From: an uncultured Chloroflexia bacterium
Lineage (GTDB): Bacteria; Chloroflexota; Limnocylindria; Limnocylindrales; CSP1-4
Length of the DNA: 64,000 bases
Assembly (NCBI GenBank): GCA_963707215.1
Contig: CAVPPB010000003.1
Coordinates: 800,001 to 864,000 of the forward strand
Reading direction: 5' to 3'
Shown: positions 49,623-59,736 of the stretch, piece by piece
How positions within the stretch are numbered: the stretch's first letter is position 1
How the letters are laid out: every line of letters starts with the position of its first letter
Translations under genes and position numbers: made by a program
Notes under the pieces: model-generated
Databases searched by the model: none
What the model saw: only the letters and a program-made list of their open reading frames with translations
Told to the model about the DNA's origin: nothing

Positions 49623-50447
49623 TCACACCTCCTGTTGGTCGGGGCCTGTGCTGCCCTGCTGGATGATGGCACGAGCGAGACGTCGCGCGTGCTCCCGATA
49701 GGCCGCTTCGAAGAGGGCCTGCGATCGCTCGGGCCCCACCACCGAGCCGCGGGTGATGACGGGAGGCATGGCCCCCCGCTCCACCAGCAGCTCGGCCGTC
49801 CGGACCTTGAGCGAGTTGACGATGGCGACCGCGGTGACGGTCGAGCCGGGCCCGACCGGCGTGTCGAGCCCGTCGAGCGAGATCAGGGCGTCGGCCGGCG
49901 GCGTACACAGGTCGATGACCAGGTCGGCCTCGTCCAGGAGCCGGCTGCCGACCCGCGGGTCGGGCTCCCCGGTCATCGACATGGCGACCGAGGTGACCGC
50001 GATGACCCGGACGCCCCGGCGCCTGGCGCCGCGGGCGAGCTCGACCGGCACGGCCGAGAGGCCGCTGGCCGAGAACACGATGAAGACGTCGCGGGGTCCG
50101 AAGCCGAAGTTGTCGAGGATGGCCTCGGCCAGACCGGGAACCCGCTCGATGAACATGGCCTGGCGCTGGCCGTTGGCCCCGACGACCTGCGTGTGGAAGG
50201 TCATCGACAGCTCGACGATCGGGTTGAAGCCGGGGTACGAGCCGTAGCGCGGGAACATCTCCTCGACCGGGATCCGCGAGTGGCCGGTTCCGAAGAGGTG
50301 GACCAGGCCGTCCGCGGCGATCGCCTCCGCACACCACCGCGACGCCTCCTCGATGGCGTCGGCCTGGGTGGCCGCGAGACGCGCCAGCAGCTCACTGGCA
50401 GCGGTGAGCCAGGGCAGCGAGGGCGTCGGCGGGATGGCTGACGTCAT
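49623..50447 (-). CDS. SIS-domain protein (UPF0309 / NagS-like)
   Basis: HLFGTGHS...EEMF.R.GS, VFSASG, VIAVTS, D.VID...P.D, GPGST. Confidence 0.85.
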   Translation of the reverse strand: MTSAIPPTPSLPWLTAASELLARLAATQADAIEEASRWCAEAIAADGLVHLFGTGHSRIPVEEMFPRYGSYPGFNPIVELSMTFHTQVVGANGQRQAMFIERVPGLAEAILDNFGFGPRDVFIVFSASGLSAVPVELARGARRRGVRVIAVTSVAMSMTGEPDPRVGSRLLDEADLVIDLCTPPADALISLDGLDTPVGPGSTVTAVAIVNSLKVRTAELLVERGAMPPVITRGSVVGPERSQALFEAAYREHARRLARAIIQQGSTGPDQQEV

Positions 50448-50523
50448 CCGGGGGCGGCCTCCTCGTCGGCGATGGCCGGCGCCCTCCGGCCGGCGTCGGC
50501 CTCACGATACGGCACCGCGAGCA

Positions 50524-51336
50524 TCAGTACCCCCCGGTCTCGCCGGCCGGGGCGCCGGCCGGCGACAGCCCGGCCCTCCGGGCCCGGAAGTCCTCGAGGA
50601 TGGTCGCGGTCGCGGTCGCTCCGATGCGAGTGACCCCGAGGGCCATCACCGCCAGGAGCGCGTCGAGGGTCCGGACTCCGCCGGCCGCCTTCACCTGGAC
50701 GTGGGGCGACGTGTTCGCCCGCATCAGGGCGAGGTCCTCGTGGGTCGCTCCGCTCGGGGCGAAGCCGGTCGACGTCTTGACGAAGTCCGCCCCCGCGGCC
50801 TCGCTCAGGCGACAGGCCCGGACCTTTTCGTCGTCGGTCAGGTAGGCGTTCTCGAAGATGACCTTGACGATGGCGCCGGCCTCATGGGCGACCTCGACGA
50901 TGGCCGCGATGTCGGCCTGGACGTCGGTGTCGCGGCGCGCCTTGAGGGCCCCGATGGGCAGGACCATGTCGAGCTCGGTCGCCCCGTCGGCCAGGGCCTG
51001 GCGGGCCTCGAAGACCTTCGTCTCGGTGCGGTGGTTGCCGTGGGGGAAACCGATCGTCGTGCCCACGGCCACGTCTGTCCCGGCGAGCAGCGCGGCGGCC
51101 CGCCGGACGTCGGCCGGGCGGACGCAGACCGAGGCGACGTCGTACCCGGCGGCCAGGCGGCAGCCGTCCTCGACGAAGGCGTCGTCGAGCTCAGGCCGGA
51201 GCAGCGAGTGATCGATCGTCCTGGCGATGTCGCGCTCGCTGACCCGGGACAGCAGATCGGCCAGCAGCTCGGGGGTCAGCTCGTCGGGCGAGCGTGGGGC
51301 CGTGACCTCGGCCCAGGAGGGTCCCACTGCGCTCAC
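50524..51336 (-). CDS. deoC: Deoxyribose-phosphate aldolase
   Basis: IDHSLLRP, IGFPHG, GATELDMV, KVIFE, ADFVKTSTGF, VKAAGGVR; GTGA overlap start. Confidence 0.92.
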   Translation of the reverse strand: MSAVGPSWAEVTAPRSPDELTPELLADLLSRVSERDIARTIDHSLLRPELDDAFVEDGCRLAAGYDVASVCVRPADVRRAAALLAGTDVAVGTTIGFPHGNHRTETKVFEARQALADGATELDMVLPIGALKARRDTDVQADIAAIVEVAHEAGAIVKVIFENAYLTDDEKVRACRLSEAAGADFVKTSTGFAPSGATHEDLALMRANTSPHVQVKAAGGVRTLDALLAVMALGVTRIGATATATILEDFRARRAGLSPAGAPAGETGGY

Positions 51337-52247
51337 TTGCAGTACGGCCGCAGCACGTCGCGGGCGATGAGGAAGCCCTGCTTGACCTTCTCGTCGGTCC
51401 CCTCGAAGCGGCGGTCCTCGTGCTCGATGATGCAGTCGCCCTCGTAGCCCTGACGGTAGAGGGTGGCGAAGATGCGGGCCCAGGGGGCCTCGCCGAGCCC
51501 GGGCAGGCGGGGGATCTGCCAGCCGATGCCAGAGGACATGGAGCCGCGCTCGTAGAGCCCGTCGCGGTCGATCTCGACGTCCTTGGCCTGGAAGTGGTAG
51601 ATGTGCGGCCCGAACTCCCGGATGAAGCGCTCCTGGTCGATCATCAGCCAGACCAGGTGGGACGGGTCGTAGTTGAGCCCGACCGTGCCGCCCCACTGCT
51701 CGATGATCCGCCGCCAGATGTACGGCGACCAGGCGATGTTGTGACCGCCCGGCCACTCGTCGCGGCTGAAGATCATCGGGCAGTTCTCGATGGTGATCTT
51801 CACCCCGTTGTCCTGGGCCGCCCGGACGATGTCCGGCCAGACCTGGAGAGCGACCTCCCAGTTCTCGTCGGTGCTCTTGGCAGCGTCGCCGCCCATGAAG
51901 GTGTTGACGAGCGAGACGCCCATCTTCCGGGCGGCCGTCATGACCTGCTTGAGGTGAGCGATGGCGGGATCGCGGACGGCCGGGTCCGGGTGCAGCGGGT
52001 TGGGGTAGAAGCCGAGCCCGGAGATGGAAAGACCCTTGCCGGCCAGCTCGTCGACGACCTCGGTCGCCTGGGTATCGGACAGCTTCGCGACGTCGATGTG
52101 GCTCGTCCCGGCGTAGCGTCGCGTCGGGCCGGTGGACCGCGGCCAGCAGGCGATCTCGAGGACCTCGAAACCGTTCCCGGCGGCCCAGTCGGCCACCTCC
52201 GTGAGCGGCGTCTCGGGGAACGGGGCGGTCAGGAAGCCGAGCTTCAT
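51333..52247 (-). CDS. Sugar phosphate isomerase/epimerase (AP_endonuc_2 TIM barrel; possible 3-keto-sugar hydratase/lyase)
   Basis: LEIACW, IENCPM, NYDPSHL, HFQAKD, IEHED metal-site motifs. Confidence 0.88.
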   Translation of the reverse strand: MKLGFLTAPFPETPLTEVADWAAGNGFEVLEIACWPRSTGPTRRYAGTSHIDVAKLSDTQATEVVDELAGKGLSISGLGFYPNPLHPDPAVRDPAIAHLKQVMTAARKMGVSLVNTFMGGDAAKSTDENWEVALQVWPDIVRAAQDNGVKITIENCPMIFSRDEWPGGHNIAWSPYIWRRIIEQWGGTVGLNYDPSHLVWLMIDQERFIREFGPHIYHFQAKDVEIDRDGLYERGSMSSGIGWQIPRLPGLGEAPWARIFATLYRQGYEGDCIIEHEDRRFEGTDEKVKQGFLIARDVLRPYCK

Positions 52248-52314
52248 CGTGTTCCTCCGTGCATGGGCGTCGGAACGCCGGTCGGTTCCGGTGTCGATCG
52301 ACGGCGGTGGGCCA

Positions 52315-53469
52315 TCAGCGGGCGACCTCGACCCAGCGGCCCGCGCGGGCGCTCGCAGCGATGGCGTCGCCGACGAGCATCTCGTCGTGCCCGTCGACGA
52401 AGGTCGGATAGCCGGGCGAATCCGGAGGGCCGCCGGCGACGACGGCCCCGTAGACGGATCGGTAGAGCGCCTTGAACGTGTCGGCGAAGCCCTCCACGTG
52501 ACCGGCCGGAAGGTCGGCCGCTGCCGCGCCCTCGGGGCCCATCAGGGCGGGGTTGCGGAGCAGGATCTCGTTGGTCCGGTCGCGGTGGCCGACCCACAGC
52601 TCGTCGGGCCGCTCGGAGTCCCAGCCAGCCGCGGCTGTCGAGCCGTCGATCTCGTACTGCAGCGAGTTCTTTCGACCCGGGCTCAGCTGCGAGACGGCGA
52701 GGGCTCCACGGGCGCCGTTGTCGAAGCGCAGCAGGATCGTCGCGACGTCCTCGGTGCCGATGGCCCGGTCGACCGTCTCGGTCGCCCGGTCGGTCGAGAA
52801 GGTCTCGACCGGACCCGTCGGCTCGCGACGGACGGGGATGAAGGTGGCCAGGTCGGCGACCACCTCGACGACCCGCCGGCCGGTCAGGAAGGTCGTCAGG
52901 TCGAGCCAATGCGAGCCGATGTCGCCCACGGCCCGGAGGGCGCCGCCCCGATCCGGCCGGAGTCGCCAGTTCCAGTCCGTCTCGAGGAGCAGCCAGTCCT
53001 GGAAGTAGTGGCCGCTTACGAGACGGACGTCGCCCAGACCGCCGTCGCGGACGAGCCCGGCCAGGTGCTGGTTGACCGGGTAGAAGCGGATGTTGAAGTT
53101 CACCGCGTGGACCCGGCCGCTCGCCTCGGCGAGCCGGACCAGCTCGGCGGACTCCTCCGAGGTCATCGCCAGCGGCTTCTCGCAGACGACGTGCCGGCCC
53201 GCGGCCAGGATCTCCTTGACCTGCGGGTAGTGGAGGTCGTTGGGCGAGGTGACATGGACGACCTCCACGCGGTCGTCGGCGAGCAGCTCGGCCAGGCTGG
53301 CGTAGGCGCGTGCGACGCCGAGGGCCGTCGCCCGGACGGCGCCGCGCTCCGCCGATGAGCCGAGGAGTCCGTGGACGCTCACCCCCAGCCGGCGCAGCGC
53401 CTCGATGTGGACGGTGCCGATGAAGCCGCTGCCGATCACGGCGGCACCGACGTCGCTGATCCGTCGCAT
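52315..53469 (-). CDS. Gfo/Idh/MocA oxidoreductase
   Basis: GSGFIG, SPNDLH, HVVCEKPLA, DIGSHWLD. Confidence 0.92.
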   Translation of the reverse strand: MRRISDVGAAVIGSGFIGTVHIEALRRLGVSVHGLLGSSAERGAVRATALGVARAYASLAELLADDRVEVVHVTSPNDLHYPQVKEILAAGRHVVCEKPLAMTSEESAELVRLAEASGRVHAVNFNIRFYPVNQHLAGLVRDGGLGDVRLVSGHYFQDWLLLETDWNWRLRPDRGGALRAVGDIGSHWLDLTTFLTGRRVVEVVADLATFIPVRREPTGPVETFSTDRATETVDRAIGTEDVATILLRFDNGARGALAVSQLSPGRKNSLQYEIDGSTAAAGWDSERPDELWVGHRDRTNEILLRNPALMGPEGAAAADLPAGHVEGFADTFKALYRSVYGAVVAGGPPDSPGYPTFVDGHDEMLVGDAIAASARAGRWVEVAR

Positions 53470-53535
53470 CGAGGGGCTCCTCCTGCTGCTGGACCCGGTC
53501 CGACCGGGCCCTCGCCCGGTACGCCGACCGCCCGT

Positions 53536-53572
53536 CACTCTAGATGCTGGATCGTCTGGTCGTCTAGACAGG
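53536..53572. promoter_or_regulatory. Putative DasR/NagR-type GntR operator(s)
   Basis: Palindrome GTCTAGAC at 53562-53569 and weaker CTCTAGAT at 53538-53545, upstream of the gfo-ABC operon. Confidence 0.6.
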
Positions 53573-53729
53573 TGCCAGCCCTGCGGCGCAGGCCACCGCG
53601 AGGCGCGCCGGGACGTCCCCTCGGGTGGCGACGGTCGCCCAAGGCATGGCCACCCTACCGGAGGGCGACCGCCCGCCTAGGTCCATCCGGCCCGGGCGCG
53701 ACGGGGCCGATGGTCGGAGCGGGAGGCGA

Positions 53730-54473
53730 TCACCCGGCCGCGTCGACCGCCCGACGGTCGAGTCCCGACGCGGCATCGGCGTCGGCCATGACCCGGAGTC
53801 GCGGGTGCCGGCGCAGGTACGTGGCCGGACAGTCGGGCCCCTCGGGCTCGGCGAGGGCGCGGGCGAGCACGTCCGCCTTGCGGGTGCCGCTGACGAGGAG
53901 CCAGATCTCGTCGGCCTGGAGCAGACGAGCGATGCCGAGCGTGATGCCGGCGGTCGGCGGGCGGGAGGCGCCGTACCGCTCGGTCGCCACGTCCCGGGTG
54001 GTCGGGTCGAGGCGGACCACCCGGGTCGGACCGTCGGCTGTCGATCCAGGCTCGTTCATCCCGATGTGGCCGTTGAGGCCCAGCCCCAGGATGGCCAGGT
54101 CGATCCCGGCCGCGGCGACGGCGTCGATCCGGTCCGCCTCGGCGTCCGGGTCGGCAGCATCACTGTCGATCCCGTCGAAGGCGGGTGGCTGCGCGAGCCG
54201 GTCCATCAGCTCGCGCCGCAGACGTGGGCCGCCGAGTGCCGGATCGTCCGGCGGCAGCCCGAGGTACTCGTCGAGGAGCGTGACGTGGGCATCGGCGAAC
54301 GACACTCGGCCCATATCGGCCAGCTCGACGAGGGCAGCGTAGACCGGGGCCGGGGTCTCGCCGGTGGGAAGGACGAGCCGCAGGTCAGGTCGGACCCGCA
54401 GCCGTTCGGCCAGGTCGGCCGCGACCCAGCCTGGCCACGCGGCCGGGGTGACGATCTCGAGCGAGAGTGTCAT
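53730..54473 (-). CDS. nagB: Glucosamine-6-phosphate deaminase
   Basis: [46 protein letters not shown]. Confidence 0.8.
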   Translation of the reverse strand: MTLSLEIVTPAAWPGWVAADLAERLRVRPDLRLVLPTGETPAPVYAALVELADMGRVSFADAHVTLLDEYLGLPPDDPALGGPRLRRELMDRLAQPPAFDGIDSDAADPDAEADRIDAVAAAGIDLAILGLGLNGHIGMNEPGSTADGPTRVVRLDPTTRDVATERYGASRPPTAGITLGIARLLQADEIWLLVSGTRKADVLARALAEPEGPDCPATYLRRHPRLRVMADADAASGLDRRAVDAAG

Positions 54474-55672
54474 CCGCCGGCGACGACCCGGTCGACGAAG
54501 TCGCCGGTCTTGGGGTCCTTGAGGATCAGCTTCTGGCGACCGTCGGGCAGGACCTCGCGCTTGATGACGACCTGCCCGTCGAGCAGCTCCGGCTCGGCGG
54601 TGATCCGCGGCGTCGAGCTGCCACGCCACTCGAAGAGCTCGACCGGCTCCCAGACCCGGGTCTTCGCCGATCGGTAGGCAGCGTCCATGATGGCGTTGAC
54701 GACGTAGCCGTCGTAGAACGTCTCCTGGGGGTCCCGCCCCTCGTCGAGGGCCCGGAACATGTCGGTGAACATGTCGACGTAGCCGAGCTCCGACACCTCG
54801 TCACCGACCGGGAAGAGCCAGCCGGCCTCGGTCTCTGCCTTCTCGGCGACGTACCCGCCACCCCCGCCGGCGGTGAACATCTCGAAGCCGGTCCGCAGGA
54901 AGTGGTTCATCCAGATCGTGCCGTGGGTCCCGGCTACCTCGTCGCGGAGATCCATCCCGCCGCGGAAGGTCCAGGAGACCTCGAACTGGCCGATGGCGTC
55001 CGACTCGAAGCGGATCAGGGCGACGGCGTTGTCCTCGTCGGCGATCGGGTGGACCAGGGTGTCGGTGTGGCACATCACCTCCACCGGCCGGTTCCCCTTG
55101 CCGACGAAGTTGCGGATGATCTCGATGCAGTGGCAACCCAGGTCGACGATGGCCCCGCCGCCGGTCAGGCGCCCATCCCAGAACCAGGCCGAGTGCGGGC
55201 CGGGGTGGGTCTCCCGGGAGCGGACCCAGGTGACCTGGCCGATCGCCCCTCCATGGACCGCCTTCACGGCCTTGAGCAACTTCGGCGTGTAGCAGAGGTC
55301 CTCGAGATAGCCGGCGAAGACGCCGGCCCGCTCGACCGTCTCGAGCATGCGCCGCGCCTCCTCGGCGTTGCGACCGAGCGGCTTCGTGCAGAGCACCGGC
55401 TTGCCGGCCGCCGCGGTCATCTCGATCGCCTCCTCGTGGAGGAAGTTGGGCAGGCCGATGACGACGACGTCGACCTCGGGGTGCTCGATGGCGCTCCGGA
55501 TGTCTGTCGTCGATTCGGGGATGCCCCAGCGCTCGCGGAAGGCCCGACCACGCTCCTCGCTCCGCGAGTAGACGATGCGGACCGAGTCTCGGCCGCGCTG
55601 ACCGTGGAGGGTCATCGTGTAGAAGTCGCCGATCAGGCCGGTGCCCAGCATCGCGATCCGGTACGACTGCAT
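54470..55672 (-). CDS. Gfo/Idh/MocA oxidoreductase (variant CTKP motif)
   Basis: [32 protein letters not shown]; AAGGAG RBS. Confidence 0.9.
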   Translation of the reverse strand: MQSYRIAMLGTGLIGDFYTMTLHGQRGRDSVRIVYSRSEERGRAFRERWGIPESTTDIRSAIEHPEVDVVVIGLPNFLHEEAIEMTAAAGKPVLCTKPLGRNAEEARRMLETVERAGVFAGYLEDLCYTPKLLKAVKAVHGGAIGQVTWVRSRETHPGPHSAWFWDGRLTGGGAIVDLGCHCIEIIRNFVGKGNRPVEVMCHTDTLVHPIADEDNAVALIRFESDAIGQFEVSWTFRGGMDLRDEVAGTHGTIWMNHFLRTGFEMFTAGGGGGYVAEKAETEAGWLFPVGDEVSELGYVDMFTDMFRALDEGRDPQETFYDGYVVNAIMDAAYRSAKTRVWEPVELFEWRGSSTPRITAEPELLDGQVVIKREVLPDGRQKLILKDPKTGDFVDRVVAGG

Positions 55673-55809
55673 CCCTGGCATCTCCTTCGCTTGCGGTGGA
55701 GCGATCGTACTGCGCCCCTGGGGGGCTCCGCGGCCGGTCCCACGGCCCGACACCGGCCGCCGGCGAGGGTACGATCGTCGGCGATGGCGACCGCAGCGAT
55801 CCGACACCC

Positions 55810-57039
55810 GTGACTCGCGAGCCGGCACCCCGCTGGCTGCGGGCCGACCTGGTGGGTCCGCGCGGGATCCTCGAGGATCGGCTCATCCGCATCGACGGTG
55901 AGCACCTCGGCCGGATCTGCCGCGCGGCCGAGGATCCGGCCGCCGCTCGCCGCGCGGAGCGCCTGGACGGGCTCCTGGCCCCGGGCCTCGTCGACGTCCA
56001 CTGCCACGGCGGCGGCGGGATCGACGTCCTCGGTCCGGGTGTGGACGCACTCGCCGCCGGCGGTCCACGGGTCGTGGCCGCGACGGTCGAGGCCCTCCGG
56101 GCGTTCGCCGGCTTCCAGGCCGCCCGGGGCGTGACCACGGTGCTGCCGACGGCCGTCTCGATCCCGCTGCCGGCGCTGCGGACCTGGGCGGTCGCCGTCG
56201 GGGAGGCCCACCGAGACCAGCGGCGCGAGCACCGCGATGGCCGGCCCTCGACCCAGGCGACGATCGTCGGGGCGAACCTCGAGGGACCGGCCCTCGCCGA
56301 AGGGCGTCGCGGGGCCCACGATCGCCGGGCGTTGGTGGCCCCCCGGATCCTCCTTGACGCCATCGAGGCGGATCCCGCCAGCTGGGCCGCGGTCCGCGTC
56401 GTGACCGTGGCGCCGGAGGGCGACGGCGGGCTCGAGCTGGTCGCGGCCCTGGCCGGTCGTGGGATCGTCGCCAGCCTCGGCCACACCGACGCGGCGACGG
56501 CCCGGGTGGTGGCGGCCGTCGATGCCGGGGCCCGCAGCGTGACCCACCTATTCAACGCGATGCCGCCGCTCCACCACCGGGACCCGGGCCTGCCCGGGAT
56601 CGCGCTGACGGACGAGCGGCTCCACGCCGAGCTCATCGCCGACGGCATCCATGTCGACCGCCGGCTGCTCCCGCCGCTCGCCCGTGCGCTGGGGGCCCGT
56701 CTCCTCTACGTGAGCGACGCGATCGCCGCAGCCGGGATCGGCGACGGGGAGCTCCGGCTGGGATCGCTCCGCGTCTCGGTCCGTGGCGCCGAAGCACGAC
56801 TGGCCGATGGCACGCTGGCAGGCAGCGTCACCCCGCTCGACGCCGCCCTCGCCGTGGCGGTCGAGGCCGGCGTCCCCCTCCATCTCGCCGTGCGGGCGGC
56901 CGCCGCCGCGCCGGCGGGGCTGCTGCGGCTGCGCGATCGAGGCGCCATCCGTGCCGGGGCCCGGGCCGACCTCGTCGTCATCGGTCCGGACGGCCGCCAC
57001 CGCCGGACGTTCCTGGGCGGGACCCCGCTCGACGCCTGA
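55810..57039 (+). CDS. nagA: N-acetylglucosamine-6-phosphate deacetylase
   Basis: [40 protein letters not shown]. Confidence 0.88.
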   Translation: MTREPAPRWLRADLVGPRGILEDRLIRIDGEHLGRICRAAEDPAAARRAERLDGLLAPGLVDVHCHGGGGIDVLGPGVDALAAGGPRVVAATVEALRAFAGFQAARGVTTVLPTAVSIPLPALRTWAVAVGEAHRDQRREHRDGRPSTQATIVGANLEGPALAEGRRGAHDRRALVAPRILLDAIEADPASWAAVRVVTVAPEGDGGLELVAALAGRGIVASLGHTDAATARVVAAVDAGARSVTHLFNAMPPLHHRDPGLPGIALTDERLHAELIADGIHVDRRLLPPLARALGARLLYVSDAIAAAGIGDGELRLGSLRVSVRGAEARLADGTLAGSVTPLDAALAVAVEAGVPLHLAVRAAAAAPAGLLRLRDRGAIRAGARADLVVIGPDGRHRRTFLGGTPLDA

Positions 57040-57168
57040 GCCCGGTCGACCCCCCGGTCGGACCCGGTCAGCTCACGCGCTTGCCGAGCATCGGATCCCG
57101 GACGGCGTCGCCGGTGGTGGGTCCGGTGCCTCGACGCACCACCGCGCCGATGACGGCGGAGCCCAGGG

Positions 57169-57196
57169 CCAATCCGCCGCGGTGCCCCGGGTCGAA
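57169..57196 (+). promoter_or_regulatory. Putative SigK-type ECF promoter
   Basis: CCAATCC-N16-TCGAA upstream of a fasciclin gene. Confidence 0.5.
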
Positions 57197-57292
57197 AGGG
57201 GATCGACAGGCCGGCCCGCCCCAGCGGACCGGACCCGAGACGACAGCCCGGAGATGCGACCGGGCCACCATCACCCACCGGAGGATCCACTG

Positions 57293-57799
57293 ATGCGACG
57301 ACTGATCGCCGCCTTCACCGCCGGGGCGCTCGCCCTCGGCATCATCGCCGGCCCGGCGCTCGCGAAGCAGCCGGCCAAGACCCCGTCGATCGTCGACGTG
57401 GCGATCGCCGTCAACAGCGACGGCCCCTTCGCCGGCTCGTTCGACACCCTGATCGCCGCGGTCCTGGCCGCTGACCCGGCCGTTGCGGCCACCCTGACGG
57501 GCAAGGGCCAGTACACCGTCTTCGCCCCGACCGACACGGCCTTTGCCGAGCTCGGCCTCGATGAGACGAACGTCGGCAGCCTGCCGCAGGCCGACCTGAC
57601 GAACATCCTGCTGTACCACGTCGCCAAGGGCGAGCGCTACGCCGCTGATGTCGTCAGTTCCTCGCAGATCCGGATGCTGAACGGCGAGTTCGCGATGATC
57701 GACGGCGCCACGATCGACGGCGAGAACATCATCGTGACCGACGTCGACGCCCCGACCAACGGGATCATCCACGTCATCGACGGCGTGCTGCTCCCCTGA
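57293..57799 (+). CDS. Secreted fasciclin (FAS1, MPT70-like) protein
   Basis: Signal peptide; YTVFAPTDTAF, ILLYHV, NGIIHVIDGVLLP. Confidence 0.94.
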   Translation: MRRLIAAFTAGALALGIIAGPALAKQPAKTPSIVDVAIAVNSDGPFAGSFDTLIAAVLAADPAVAATLTGKGQYTVFAPTDTAFAELGLDETNVGSLPQADLTNILLYHVAKGERYAADVVSSSQIRMLNGEFAMIDGATIDGENIIVTDVDAPTNGIIHVIDGVLLP

Positions 57800-57830
57800 C
57801 CGCGGCCCGGACCTTCCGACCCGCCCCTCC

Positions 57831-57867
57831 CGCCCCGCTCGGCCACCGAGCGGGGCGTTCCGCTTCC
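57831..57867 (+). terminator. Intrinsic terminator
   Basis: 12-bp stem CGCCCCGCTCGG/CCGAGCGGGGCG followed by TTCCGCTTCC. Confidence 0.65.
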
Positions 57868-57991
57868 GCCCTCCAGCGGGTAGGATGACCAGGCTCGGCC
57901 GGATGTCGCGTACGGGGTCCGTCCAGCCGTCGCCAGCGACGGCAGATGCAAGGGCCCGCGCTCTGCCCGCCGAGCGGAGGAGAGTGGACTG

Positions 57992-59101
<1,110 letters not shown>

Positions 59102-59105
59102 CGGG

Positions 59106-59732
59106 TTGACGGATCCCGACGAGCCGGTCGTGGCGGGCGGCTCCGCCGCGACCGATCATCCGTACGTCGAGCGCCGGGTCTCGACGCGGGTGGTGCATCG
59201 GGGCCGCTACCTGACGTTCCGGGTGGACACGGTCGAGCGCCCCGACGGGAGCCGGGCCGAGCGCGACATCTGCGGCCATCCGGGCGCCGTCGCCATCATC
59301 GCCCTCGACGAGGACGATCGCGTCCTGCTCGTCCGCCAGTACCGCCTGGCCGCCGGCGAGCTGCTCCTGGAGCTGCCCGCCGGGACCCTTGACGTGGATC
59401 CCGGTTCCGGCGAGGTCGAGGACCCTGACCGGGCGGCCCGGCGCGAGCTGGAGGAGGAGGCCGGCGTCGTCGCCGAGTCGTGGCGGCACCTGGGTCGCTT
59501 CTGGACCGCGCCCGGCTTCGCGACCGAGGAGATGCACCTCTATCTCGCCACCGACCTGCGGACCGTTCGCGAAGGTGTGCTCGGCGAGGACGAGGACGAA
59601 CGCCTCGAGCTCCAGCGCGTCCCCTGGCGCGACGCCGTCCGCCTCGCCGAGACGGGTGGGATCCGCGACGCCAAGTCCATCGTCGGGCTCTTCTGGCTGG
59701 CCCGCCTCGAGGCCGCAGACGGCGGGGCCTGA
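59106..59732 (+). CDS. NUDIX hydrolase (ADP-ribose pyrophosphatase-like)
   Basis: HPGAVA, RQYR, ELPAG..AARRELEEEAG, APGF..E, I.DAKS. Confidence 0.9.
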   Translation: MTDPDEPVVAGGSAATDHPYVERRVSTRVVHRGRYLTFRVDTVERPDGSRAERDICGHPGAVAIIALDEDDRVLLVRQYRLAAGELLLELPAGTLDVDPGSGEVEDPDRAARRELEEEAGVVAESWRHLGRFWTAPGFATEEMHLYLATDLRTVREGVLGEDEDERLELQRVPWRDAVRLAETGGIRDAKSIVGLFWLARLEAADGGA

Positions 59733-59736
59733 GCCG

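Noticed and set aside
57045-57270. c-di-AMP (ydaO) or c-di-GMP-I riboswitch (GACCCGGTCAGCTCAC, CGACAGCC fragments)
   Set aside because: Only short partial matches; the other conserved elements and their order are missing
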